Shown one piece after another: positions 7,450-16,206 of a stretch of 64,000 nt of DNA. Below the pieces are notes generated by a model. It did no database searches, had not been told where the DNA came from, and worked only from the letters and a program-made list of their open reading frames with translations. A program made the position numbers and the translations under genes. The first letter of the stretch is position 1. Every line of letters begins with the position of its first letter. The stretch comes from a virus (lineage: Duplodnaviria > Caudoviricetes), in the IMG/VR virus record IMGVR_UViG_3300047551_002158; one strand, 5' to 3'.

Positions 7450-7698
7450 TTGGCAACGTACCCCGTTATCAATCAACAAACTGGTGAGCAAAAAGAAGTA
7501 ACGATGTCTGTTACTGAATGGGACCAGTGGAAAGTGGATAATCCAGACTGGACAAGAGATTGGAGTGATCCATCTACTTGTCCTTCGGCAGGAGAGATTG
7601 GGGAAGTCTACGATAGACTTAAGAAGTCTCATCCAGGATGGAACGATGTTCTTCGTGCTGCATCAAAAGCACCAGGCTCAAAAGTAAAACCAGTTTAA
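7450..7698 (+). CDS. conserved hypothetical protein
   Basis: TTG start with a good SD (GGAGG); MATYPVIN...GWNDVL, typical of the ORF preceding phoH. Confidence 0.8.
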   Translation: MATYPVINQQTGEQKEVTMSVTEWDQWKVDNPDWTRDWSDPSTCPSAGEIGEVYDRLKKSHPGWNDVLRAASKAPGSKVKPV

Positions 7699-7709
7699 AT
7701 TTTTTTTAT

Positions 7710-8465
7710 ATGGCAAGAAGAAAAAGAGTAGACGATCAACCAATTGGTGTTGGAATGACTGCTAAACAAATGAAACGCAAGAAACCAATTGGTCTGGATT
7801 TGATGAGAGATATTGAACCTCTCACGGATAATCAAAAACTTTTATATCAAGCATACGAAAAAGGACAAAATATTGTTGCTTATGGGTGTGCTGGAACAGG
7901 TAAAACGTTTATCACTCTTTATAATGCTCTTCAAGATGTTTTAGATGAAAGAAGTCCTTATGAAAAAATTTATATTGTAAGGTCTCTTGTTGCAACTCGT
8001 GAAATTGGTTTTCTTCCTGGAGACCACGAAGATAAATCATCACTTTATCAAATTCCTTATAAGAATATGGTAAAGTATATGTTCTCAATGCCAGATGACG
8101 CATCATTCGAAATGCTTTATGGGAACCTCAAACTTCAAGGAACTATTAGTTTTTGGAGTACTTCTTTTATTCGCGGAACTACTCTGGACAATGCTATCAT
8201 TATCGTAGATGAGTTTCAAAACTTGAACTATCACGAACTTGATAGTATAATTACCCGTGTAGGCGAGAACAGTAAAATTATGTTCTGTGGTGATGCCACT
8301 CAAACTGATTTGATTAAAACAAATGAGAGAAATGGTATCATTGATTTTATGAAAGTTCTTCGTATTATGCCTTCAATTGATATTATTGAATTTGGAGTTG
8401 ATGATATTGTTCGCTCTGGATTAGTGAAAGAATATATCCTTGCGAAAATGGAAGTTGGTGTATGA
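7710..8465 (+). CDS. phoH: PhoH family ATPase
   Basis: GCAGTGKT P-loop, IGFLPG, FIRGTTLD, IVDEFQN, CGDATQTD. Confidence 0.95.
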   Translation: MARRKRVDDQPIGVGMTAKQMKRKKPIGLDLMRDIEPLTDNQKLLYQAYEKGQNIVAYGCAGTGKTFITLYNALQDVLDERSPYEKIYIVRSLVATREIGFLPGDHEDKSSLYQIPYKNMVKYMFSMPDDASFEMLYGNLKLQGTISFWSTSFIRGTTLDNAIIIVDEFQNLNYHELDSIITRVGENSKIMFCGDATQTDLIKTNERNGIIDFMKVLRIMPSIDIIEFGVDDIVRSGLVKEYILAKMEVGV

Positions 8466-9142
8466 GTTTTATTCATTGTAATTTTTTAGGTGATCTTGAA
8501 TTAGAAAAGAAAGAACAAAATGGCATCCGTCTGTACCATCTCCCCGATGGGCAGTGGGTGCCTTCAATTACTTCAGTTACTTCTTTCTACAATCGTCAGA
8601 TCTTTATTGATTGGAGAAAGCGTGTAGGACTTGAAGAAGCAAATCGTATCACAAAAAGAGCAACAGCAAGAGGAACTGACTTTCACCAAGTCTGTCAGGA
8701 CTATCTTGAAAATAAAGAACTTGTCTGGGATGATTACCAACTCCTGACAAAACATATGTTTCATCACGCGAAACCTTATCTTGATAAGATAAATAATATT
8801 CACGCGATTGAACGAACTCTCTATTCTGAATACCTTGGACTTGCAGGACGAGTTGATTGTATTGCTGAATATGAAGGAGAGTTGGCAGTCATTGACTTCA
8901 AAACATCAGATAAAATTAAACCTGAGCAGTGGATTGAAAATTACTTCGTTCAAGAAACATTCTACGCAGCTGCTTACTACGAACTGACAGGAAAAGTTGT
9001 TAAAAAACTCATTACGTTAATGGTTACTCCTGGTGGAGAAGTCAAAGTATTTGACAAAAGAAACAAAGGGGATTATATTAAACTACTAGTTCGTTATATT
9101 AAAGAATTTGTACATCACAATACTGGGTCAGATGGAGAATGA
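8462..9142 (+). CDS. PD-(D/E)xK exonuclease (phage Cas4-like/exonuclease A family)
   Basis: PSITSV, RGTDFH, AGRVDCI, IDFKTS motifs. Confidence 0.85.
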   Translation: MSFIHCNFLGDLELEKKEQNGIRLYHLPDGQWVPSITSVTSFYNRQIFIDWRKRVGLEEANRITKRATARGTDFHQVCQDYLENKELVWDDYQLLTKHMFHHAKPYLDKINNIHAIERTLYSEYLGLAGRVDCIAEYEGELAVIDFKTSDKIKPEQWIENYFVQETFYAAAYYELTGKVVKKLITLMVTPGGEVKVFDKRNKGDYIKLLVRYIKEFVHHNTGSDGE

Positions 9143-9389
9143 ATTAGAAAAAGCATTAGAAAATAAGTTCTTTTGTCCATCACGTTTCGCACAAGAGATT
9201 GAAAATCTTGTGCAAGTCAATGTGGAAATGAATTACATCGATGCTATTATTCATTTCTGCGAAAACAATAATATTGATTTGGAGTCCGTTCCGAAACTGA
9301 TTTCAAAACCACTGAAGGAAAAGATTAAGTATGAAGCAATGGAACTTAACTTCCTTAAGAAGACTTCCAGAGCAAAATTGGTCTTTTAA
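9132..9389 (+). CDS. gp33: late promoter transcription coactivator gp33
   Basis: NYIDAIIHFCENNNID, LKEKIKYEAMELNFL; T4 synteny before gp59. Confidence 0.85.
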   Translation: MENELEKALENKFFCPSRFAQEIENLVQVNVEMNYIDAIIHFCENNNIDLESVPKLISKPLKEKIKYEAMELNFLKKTSRAKLVF

Positions 9390-9444
9390 TCCATTTTTGG
9401 GCGAAAAAAATCCCGGCAAAAATTTCCCTATATTACTTTTTTGA

Positions 9445-10041
9445 ATGATGCCTTACGATGCCTATCGAGAATATCTTGCTCTGAAAAATCATTTTACGAA
9501 AGATAACTACGATTATTTTAAGTATAATAAAAAAGTAAGAGCAACTGTTCAATCTTTCTATAAACGAAAGGATAGAATGTGGTTTGAAAAAATCTCAAGA
9601 CAAAAATCAGACAAAGAAGTTGTAGATTTTTTTGTTTCTAATTTTGTGTCTTGTCCAGATCCAGAGACCCTTTGGATTGGTGAAATGATTAAAGAAGGTG
9701 AAGGAAGATATCAACAATGGCAGAAGAAAATTCAATCTCTTTCATACTTCTTTAAAGAGGAAAGTCAATCACTATTCGGTGAAAATAAATTTCAAGATGT
9801 ATTCAAATGTTCAAAAGGACATCCTGTTCTCTTAAAAAAACATTTGAGTGGTCAAGTATCTCTTGAAACGATGGTACTTTTAGACAAAGTATTTGCTTAT
9901 TCAAAGAATTTTGATAAAAAACTCCAAGATCCAGTGTGGGAAACCGTCAGTCGTAGAGTTAAAAAATATAATCCATTTCTAAATATTGATGTACTTAGTT
10001 ATCGTAAAATTTTGAAAGAGATCATTCTGGAGGATCAATGA
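9445..10041 (+). CDS. gp59: helicase loader gp59
   Basis: YLALKNHF...YDYFKY N-terminus; position between gp33 and gp32. Confidence 0.85.
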   Translation: MMPYDAYREYLALKNHFTKDNYDYFKYNKKVRATVQSFYKRKDRMWFEKISRQKSDKEVVDFFVSNFVSCPDPETLWIGEMIKEGEGRYQQWQKKIQSLSYFFKEESQSLFGENKFQDVFKCSKGHPVLLKKHLSGQVSLETMVLLDKVFAYSKNFDKKLQDPVWETVSRRVKKYNPFLNIDVLSYRKILKEIILEDQ

Positions 10042-10382
10042 GTTTTTTTAGTTCCGAAGTCGTCCGTGCAGAGATGACTGAAATTGCAGAACTTCAGGAA
10101 CAAATCTACGGAAATATTTTTAAATTTCCTACGATGAGTAAAGAAGAAAAAATTGAGCACGTTGAAGTTCTTGAACGACTTTTGGATAAACAAAAAGTTC
10201 TTTATACAAGAATGAGTTTGTCTGATGATCCCGAAGCAAGAGAAATGAAGGAGCGTATTATGAGCTCTGCAATTATGATGGGTATGCCCCCAAACACTGA
10301 TATGAATATTATTTTTAACAATATGTCCAGAATGCTGGATGTAATGAAAGAACAGATTGACAAAATGGGTTCAGACCTGTAG
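10038..10382 (+). CDS. conserved helical hypothetical protein (DUF1825-like)
   Basis: MSFFSSEVVRAEM...RMSLSDDPEA; position between gp59 and gp32. Confidence 0.7.
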   Translation: MSFFSSEVVRAEMTEIAELQEQIYGNIFKFPTMSKEEKIEHVEVLERLLDKQKVLYTRMSLSDDPEAREMKERIMSSAIMMGMPPNTDMNIIFNNMSRMLDVMKEQIDKMGSDL

Positions 10383-10431
10383 AATAACGAAGTACACAAA
10401 GGCCAAATCCTACTAATACGAGGTAATCCGA

Positions 10432-11376
10432 ATGTCTTTTGAAGCACTTAAAAAGCAATCCAAACTGGGTTCTCTGACTTCTAAACTGGTAAAAGAAGTT
10501 GAGAAGATGAGTACCGCAAGCAGTGGAGAAGATGATCGTCTCTGGAAACCTGAGATGGACAAAACTGGAAACGGTTTTGCTGTTATTCGTTTCCTTCCTG
10601 CCCCTGAAGGCGAAGAACTTCCTTGGGCAAAGATGTATTCTCACGCTTTCCAAGGTCCTGGTGGTTGGTATATTGAGAACTCTCTGACTACGATTGGTCA
10701 GAAAGATCCTCTTGGTGAACACAACCGCGAACTTTGGAATACTGGTTCTGAAACGAACAAAGAAATTGTTCGCAAGCAAAAGCGTAAACTGTCTTATTAC
10801 AGCAATATCTACGTTGTAAAAGATCCCACAAACCCTCAAAACGAAGGTAAAGTTTTTCTCTACAAGTATGGTAAGAAAATCTTTGACAAGATTATGGAAG
10901 CAATGCAACCTGAGTTTGAGGATGAAACTCCTATCAATCCTTTTGACTTCTGGCAGGGTGCGAATTTCAAACTCAAGATCGTAAAGAAAGATGGGTATTG
11001 GAATTACGACAAGTCAGAATTTGGTTCTGTTGAACCACTACTGGATGATGACGATGCTCTGGAAACCATCTGGAAGAAAGAGTATTCTCTGACTGCAATT
11101 ACTGCTCCCGACCAGTTCAAGTCTTATGAAGAACTTGAGCGTCGTATGAATATGGTTCTGGGTCTGAAGACTGCTTCTCCAACTCGCTCTCGTGCAGTTG
11201 TGGAACAGGAAGATGAACTTGAAGAGTATACTTCTACTCCTTCTGCTCAAGATCGTGTTGTGGAAGAACTGGAGCAATCTTATGCTCGCTCTAAGTCTCC
11301 TTCACTTCCCAAGATCACTCAGGATGATGATGAAGATGATGCTCTCTCCTACTTCCAAAAACTGGCAGAGGATTGA
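10432..11376 (+). CDS. gp32: single-stranded DNA-binding protein gp32
   Basis: DDRLWKP, AVIRFLPA, GGWYIENS, GANFKLKI, YWNYDKSEF; acidic C-tail. Confidence 0.96.
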   Translation: MSFEALKKQSKLGSLTSKLVKEVEKMSTASSGEDDRLWKPEMDKTGNGFAVIRFLPAPEGEELPWAKMYSHAFQGPGGWYIENSLTTIGQKDPLGEHNRELWNTGSETNKEIVRKQKRKLSYYSNIYVVKDPTNPQNEGKVFLYKYGKKIFDKIMEAMQPEFEDETPINPFDFWQGANFKLKIVKKDGYWNYDKSEFGSVEPLLDDDDALETIWKKEYSLTAITAPDQFKSYEELERRMNMVLGLKTASPTRSRAVVEQEDELEEYTSTPSAQDRVVEELEQSYARSKSPSLPKITQDDDEDDALSYFQKLAED

Positions 11377-12069
11377 TCAAGAATAAAGTCTGATATTATC
11401 AGCACGTTTAAGGGTCTCAGTCTTATATTGACTGGACCCTTCTTTATATCTCATCATATTATCTGTATCATCGAGAATAATATTCAAGTATCTTGGTTTG
11501 AGTACGAATATATTTCTTTTTGCGTCTTCAAGTTTTTCTTCGTATTCGTAGTTGGTGACTGGAACTGCAATATTTCCACTATCTATTTGTTCACGCATTG
11601 AGTAATCATAAAAACTAACAGAATAAGTTGAAGGAACTTGAAGTCCAGCGGGAAGTATTGTTACACCTCTGCTATTTTTAACTTCTGTTGTTTCATAATG
11701 GTGTACACCATTGTAAATGTTATTATAAATTTCTTCTTCTGTAGATAATCCAACACCATATTTTTCTTTCAAATATTCATCAAATGAATTTTGTGTCATT
11801 GGCCATTCAGTTTGAATATTTGTAATATTATTAGATAGAAGGATTATCCAATCAAATTTGGGATCTTCATAAACTTTATATGAAACATTATCGGGTCTTT
11901 CATTACCGATAATTTTATACTTTTCAAAAAAGGCAACATTTTCAAAAATGTCTGGACGAATTTTTCCTCTTTTGAAAAGGTTTTTTACTTGAATATAATC
12001 GGATATCTTAGCATCAGGAAGTCTACTGACATATTCAAATGATGGAAGTTTTTTGAAATATGAAGACAT
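11377..12069 (-). CDS. gp53: baseplate wedge subunit gp53
   Basis: ERPDNVS..YEDP..DWIILLSNNI LysM-like motif; NYEYEEKL...I.VLKP. Confidence 0.85.
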   Translation of the reverse strand: MSSYFKKLPSFEYVSRLPDAKISDYIQVKNLFKRGKIRPDIFENVAFFEKYKIIGNERPDNVSYKVYEDPKFDWIILLSNNITNIQTEWPMTQNSFDEYLKEKYGVGLSTEEEIYNNIYNGVHHYETTEVKNSRGVTILPAGLQVPSTYSVSFYDYSMREQIDSGNIAVPVTNYEYEEKLEDAKRNIFVLKPRYLNIILDDTDNMMRYKEGSSQYKTETLKRADNIRLYS

Positions 12070-12070
12070 T

Positions 12071-13432
12071 TTAGTAACCTACATTTAGGATTTGATCTGG
12101 ACTTTCGTTGCCATATTCATCATCAAATACTGGTTCAAGTTCTTGGAACTGTAGAGAAATACTATAAGAAATCATAGATCTTTCATCTGGTTTTGAACCC
12201 ATATATGTCATATATTGACCTTCTGGAGTATAGTCAACATTAAATCCAGTTAATGCACACTCTTTAAATTTATTTAAGTAAGGGTGTTGTTTGTTTGAAG
12301 TTAGATAAGAAATAGCAAAAGTATGTGGAGATTTGAGAAGAAGAGATGTTTTGCTTCTTTTAACTGACATTGCTTGTTTAAAGAAGCGAATAATTTTCAT
12401 AATATTTTTTGCTTCTATAGGATTTCTTGGTGATAATTTAAATGTGAATGAAAAACTTCTGAGAGAAGGACTAGTAAAAAGTAATTCTAAGTTATTATTG
12501 AAGATCGAACCATACGCTCTTTGTTGTAATTTATCACTGCCAACAGCAAAACTTGCTATTTTTCCAGCAAGGCCTTGCTGCAATTCTCCACTTTTTATTC
12601 CACCTGCTGCTTGTTCTCCTGCTTTAGTTACCGCACCCTCAGCTTCTTTTGCTCCTCCAACTACAAATCTTGAGGCAATATCTCCTGCAGCTTTTTGCAA
12701 ATCATTTATAGTATCTTCTTGCCAACTGACTTGGTTACTATCATTAATGCCAGCAGGAATTGGAAGAGTTATTGTGCCTAAAATTTCTTTTCCTATTGTT
12801 GGATTTCCTTTTGCATCAATTGTTACTGCTCTTGATACTCCAGAAGATGAACTTCCAGATGATCTAGAAGTTGCCGATGCTAGAGATGGTCTATATTTTA
12901 AAATTGAAAATTTAATACAGTCTTGATATTTTACTGATAAATCTTCTGGGTATTTAACATCTCCATATTTAAGTCTTGTATTTTCTTTGAAAGAATTATT
13001 TTCTTCGTTAAATTCTTTCTTTGCTTTATCATCAGCAGGTTTTCCACCCTCACCATCTTTTGCTTCTGGTTTTGTTGCTTGATTTGCTTTTCCTGCGGAT
13101 TTATTTAAGGCTTCTTTTTGTTGTGCCGTTCCTCCAGTTGCTCCAAAAAAATCATCTTCCGTTGATTGAACTTGCTGCCTTCTAACTTGATTGAGTTGTG
13201 AATTTGGATCGGCAAGAAGTTGCTGCTCTTCTGCAGTTGCATTTGTTGTGTTTATTTCTGTAGAAGTTGTAGTACCCGCACCACCATATCCTGCTATGGG
13301 AACTTCATTTCCTCCATTCGCATCAGTTCTGAATAAAGTAGATCCATAAGTTCCATCGCCATTATCTACTACTTTTGTTCTATAGTAGTTATCTCCTACT
13401 TTGCTAGCATCACTTACTACAGATTGAGCCAT
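12071..13432 (-). CDS. gp48: baseplate tail tube cap gp48, with N-terminal extension
   Basis: NNNLELLFTSPSLRSFSFTFKLSPRN, FKECAL, LQFQELEP; synteny. Confidence 0.8.
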   Translation of the reverse strand: MAQSVVSDASKVGDNYYRTKVVDNGDGTYGSTLFRTDANGGNEVPIAGYGGAGTTTSTEINTTNATAEEQQLLADPNSQLNQVRRQQVQSTEDDFFGATGGTAQQKEALNKSAGKANQATKPEAKDGEGGKPADDKAKKEFNEENNSFKENTRLKYGDVKYPEDLSVKYQDCIKFSILKYRPSLASATSRSSGSSSSGVSRAVTIDAKGNPTIGKEILGTITLPIPAGINDSNQVSWQEDTINDLQKAAGDIASRFVVGGAKEAEGAVTKAGEQAAGGIKSGELQQGLAGKIASFAVGSDKLQQRAYGSIFNNNLELLFTSPSLRSFSFTFKLSPRNPIEAKNIMKIIRFFKQAMSVKRSKTSLLLKSPHTFAISYLTSNKQHPYLNKFKECALTGFNVDYTPEGQYMTYMGSKPDERSMISYSISLQFQELEPVFDDEYGNESPDQILNVGY

Positions 13433-13447
13433 TAGATACAGCGTTTT

Positions 13448-13834
13448 TTATTTATTTAGACGGAATTTTGCATAAGGTATGGAAAGCATTTCATCGAGTT
13501 CATCATATTCTACAACGTGAAGTTTGCCTGCAACTTCTTCCCAAGTATATTGTCTACCTTCTCTCCAATGAAAATTAATTGCCTTAAATCCCCACCTTTC
13601 TAAAGAAGTGCAAGCAATTAATGGGTGTTGATCGTATTCAATCTCAGGTGTCTTTGGATTGTAAATAAATGTATAAAACTTTCCTGGTTCTGGATATAAT
13701 ACTTCTTTTTTTAATACATCCATAATAATAAGCATCAAGTCTTCTGGATCGTTTATATTTGCAGTATCAATTCTTTTCCTCAATTCTCGCATTCTTGGTG
13801 GAACGTTTGTGTATTTTCCAAAACCTTCTGCCAT
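13448..13834 (-). CDS. DNA end protector gp2-like protein
   Basis: PGKFYTFIYNPKT...YDQHPLI...INFHW resembles the gp2 core; synteny with gp4. Confidence 0.55.
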   Translation of the reverse strand: MAEGFGKYTNVPPRMRELRKRIDTANINDPEDLMLIIMDVLKKEVLYPEPGKFYTFIYNPKTPEIEYDQHPLIACTSLERWGFKAINFHWREGRQYTWEEVAGKLHVVEYDELDEMLSIPYAKFRLNK

Positions 13835-14277
13835 TATTTGATACCTAATTCATTTTCGGTGATTACTTTAAACTCTAACATTCTATCAGCACACCATTCT
13901 TTAGCAGCAGACCACTTTGCCTGATTGACTGCATATGTTCTACATTCGTGCAAATATGATTTGGTCACTCTTGACTTTTGTTTTGGTGGGATTGTTTGTT
14001 TTTGTGGTTTAACTTCAATCACATATGTCTTAATATTTCCTGATTGTTCTTTAACTTTAATAAGATAATCTGGAAAGTATCTATGAACTCTACCATCAAC
14101 TGGAGACACATAAGGAACGGAAAATTCTTCCGATGCCCAAGATATTATACTTGGGTTGTGATCGCACCAATAACAGAAACGCCTTTCCCAACTACTTCTG
14201 CAGATTATATTGTTGGCATCACCTTGATATTTTGCTGGATATGATGGTTTGTATTTACTCTTAATACTTTCTGCCAT
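13834..14277 (-). CDS. gp4: head completion nuclease gp4
   Basis: RSSWERRF, WASEE, HRYFPD, IEVKP, VNQAKW, FKVITE. Confidence 0.9.
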   Translation of the reverse strand: MAESIKSKYKPSYPAKYQGDANNIICRSSWERRFCYWCDHNPSIISWASEEFSVPYVSPVDGRVHRYFPDYLIKVKEQSGNIKTYVIEVKPQKQTIPPKQKSRVTKSYLHECRTYAVNQAKWSAAKEWCADRMLEFKVITENELGIK

Positions 14278-14319
14278 TATCCTTACTACATAATATATAC
14301 GCTCAAAAAGTATTTATAA

Positions 14320-15249
14320 ATGCCTAAGGCAAGAACTATAGCGGATATCAAATCGAAGTTATTGCATCCTGCACTGACTTCTCATTTTGAAGTAACCATT
14401 CCAGTTCCTACTGGATTGCAGGGTAGTGGTGGACAACAATATTTTGCAGCAAATGGAATTTCTCAATTTACTGGTATTAATCAAGATACCTTAAATCTTC
14501 TTTGTTGCGATACAGTTCTTCCTGGTTCTAATATTGGTACTATGGATATTACTGGTGATTACCACGGCGTCACTGTGAGACACGCAAATCGTAGAATTTA
14601 TGATGATAGAATTGATATGACTTTTTATGTTGATGCTGAAAATTATTTACCAATTAGATATTTTGAAACTTGGATAAAATATATTGTTGGCGAAAGTATG
14701 TCTGAAACTGGTAATAGACCAGGATCAAAAAAACCTAATTATTTTTATAGATTAAACTATCCAGATCTTTATATTGCAAAGCAAGGTCTATCTGTGACTA
14801 AGTTTGAAAGAACTGGATCCAAATCTTCTTATACTGGGAAAACCTTAACGTATCAATTTGTAAATGCTTTTCCAATTTCGATTACATCAATGCCCGTTTC
14901 TTATGAAACATCTTCATTATTAAAATGCACTGTTTCATTTTCATATATTAGGTATTATGTGGAACCCACTTCATCAAATGATCCACCACCTGCAGATGGT
15001 AGTTCTGGAGAAAAATCTCCTGCAGTCGGAGATCCATCAAGTCCAGCAAATCAAGCAGCATTTAATAATCCTCAATTTACTGTCGCTTCAGATAATTTAA
15101 ATTTACCTGGTCTTGAAGGTGCTGGAGCATTAAATACTGGCGGAATACCTCAATCTGCAGCAAATGCTTCTGGTAATACTGTAAAAGGAGTAACCCAATC
15201 AGATCTTAATTCTGCTCTCGCTGCGGAGAGAGCATTATTGAATCGATAA
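14320..15249 (+). CDS. baseplate tail-tube initiator (gp54/gp19-like)
   Basis: LCCDTVLPG, FYVD, YQFVNAFPISI, VSFSY tail-tube fold motifs; divergent from gp4. Confidence 0.7.
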   Translation: MPKARTIADIKSKLLHPALTSHFEVTIPVPTGLQGSGGQQYFAANGISQFTGINQDTLNLLCCDTVLPGSNIGTMDITGDYHGVTVRHANRRIYDDRIDMTFYVDAENYLPIRYFETWIKYIVGESMSETGNRPGSKKPNYFYRLNYPDLYIAKQGLSVTKFERTGSKSSYTGKTLTYQFVNAFPISITSMPVSYETSSLLKCTVSFSYIRYYVEPTSSNDPPPADGSSGEKSPAVGDPSSPANQAAFNNPQFTVASDNLNLPGLEGAGALNTGGIPQSAANASGNTVKGVTQSDLNSALAAERALLNR

Positions 15250-15290
15250 TACCATCTAAATAATCACACCTGAATTTTCTATAAGACATT

Positions 15291-16010
15291 ATGCCTTTAC
15301 CTAAGATTTCTACGCCGACTTATGAACTTGAATTGCCTTCAACTGGAAAGACAATTCGTTATAGACCCTTCTTAGTGAAGGAAGAAAAACTGTTAGTAAT
15401 TGCTTTAGAGAGTGAAGATAATAAGCAAATTACTAATGCTATTAAAGCAGTCATTAAGAACTGCATTTTAACAAAAGATATTAAAGTAGAAACTTTACCA
15501 ACTTTCGATATTGAATATTTGTTCTTAAATATTCGTGGAAAATCTGTTGGTGAAGAAGTAGAAGTTAATATTATTTGTCCTGATGATAATGAAACAAATG
15601 CTACAGTTAGTATCAATTTAGATGATATTAAAGTTCAGAAGAACGAGGAGCATACAAATAAAATTAAAGTAGATGATAGTATTATGATGGAAATGAAATA
15701 TCCATCACTTGAGCAATTTATTAAAACAAACTTTGATTTTAAAAATGAGAATGCTATGGACCAGTCTTTTGATCTGATTGCATCTTGTATTGATAAGATT
15801 TATACCGAGGATGAGGTATGGTCTACTGCAGATGTTACTAAAAAAGAACTGACTGAATTTTTAGATCAAATGAATTCATCTCAATTCAAGCAAATTGAGA
15901 AGTTCTTTGAAACAATGCCAAAACTGTCTCATAAGATTACTGTTAAAAATCCAAAAACGGAAGTGGAGAGTGAGGTTGTTCTCGAAGGGTTAGCGTCTTT
16001 TTTCGCATAG
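15291..16010 (+). CDS. gp26: baseplate hub assembly protein gp26
   Basis: MPLPKISTPTYELELP, YRPFLVKEEK, FDIEYLFLNIRGKSVGE, FFETMPKL. Confidence 0.92.
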   Translation: MPLPKISTPTYELELPSTGKTIRYRPFLVKEEKLLVIALESEDNKQITNAIKAVIKNCILTKDIKVETLPTFDIEYLFLNIRGKSVGEEVEVNIICPDDNETNATVSINLDDIKVQKNEEHTNKIKVDDSIMMEMKYPSLEQFIKTNFDFKNENAMDQSFDLIASCIDKIYTEDEVWSTADVTKKELTEFLDQMNSSQFKQIEKFFETMPKLSHKITVKNPKTEVESEVVLEGLASFFA

Positions 16011-16012
16011 GA

Positions 16013-16195
16013 ATGGTCCATATGGACCTTGAAAACTATTTCAGATTGAACTTTGCTTTGATGCAGTACCATAAATATTCATTATGGGAAATTGAAAGTA
16101 TGATGCCTTGGGAAAGAGACATTTATGTTGGTCTCCTGGAGCAACACCTTGAAGAAGAAAGAATGAAGCAACAACAGCAAAGTTCACAACTCTGA
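16013..16195 (+). CDS. gp51: baseplate hub assembly catalyst gp51
   Basis: YFRLNFALMQYHKYS..EIESMMPWERDIYV. Confidence 0.85.
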   Translation: MVHMDLENYFRLNFALMQYHKYSLWEIESMMPWERDIYVGLLEQHLEEERMKQQQQSSQL

Positions 16196-16206
16196 AGTAA
16201 AGTAAG

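Noticed and set aside
8462-9142. Cas4-like nuclease as part of a CRISPR-Cas system
   Set aside because: No Fe-S cysteine set, no other cas genes or array; it occupies the standard core position between phoH and gp33
10315-10908. 197-aa minus-strand ORF, and 12333-12926(+) 197 aa
   Set aside because: Antisense to gp32 and gp48; no recognisable motifs
13834-14277. TnsA-like nuclease as a transposon or homing endonuclease
   Set aside because: Motifs and synteny fit T4 head-completion gp4; no terminal repeats or transposase partners
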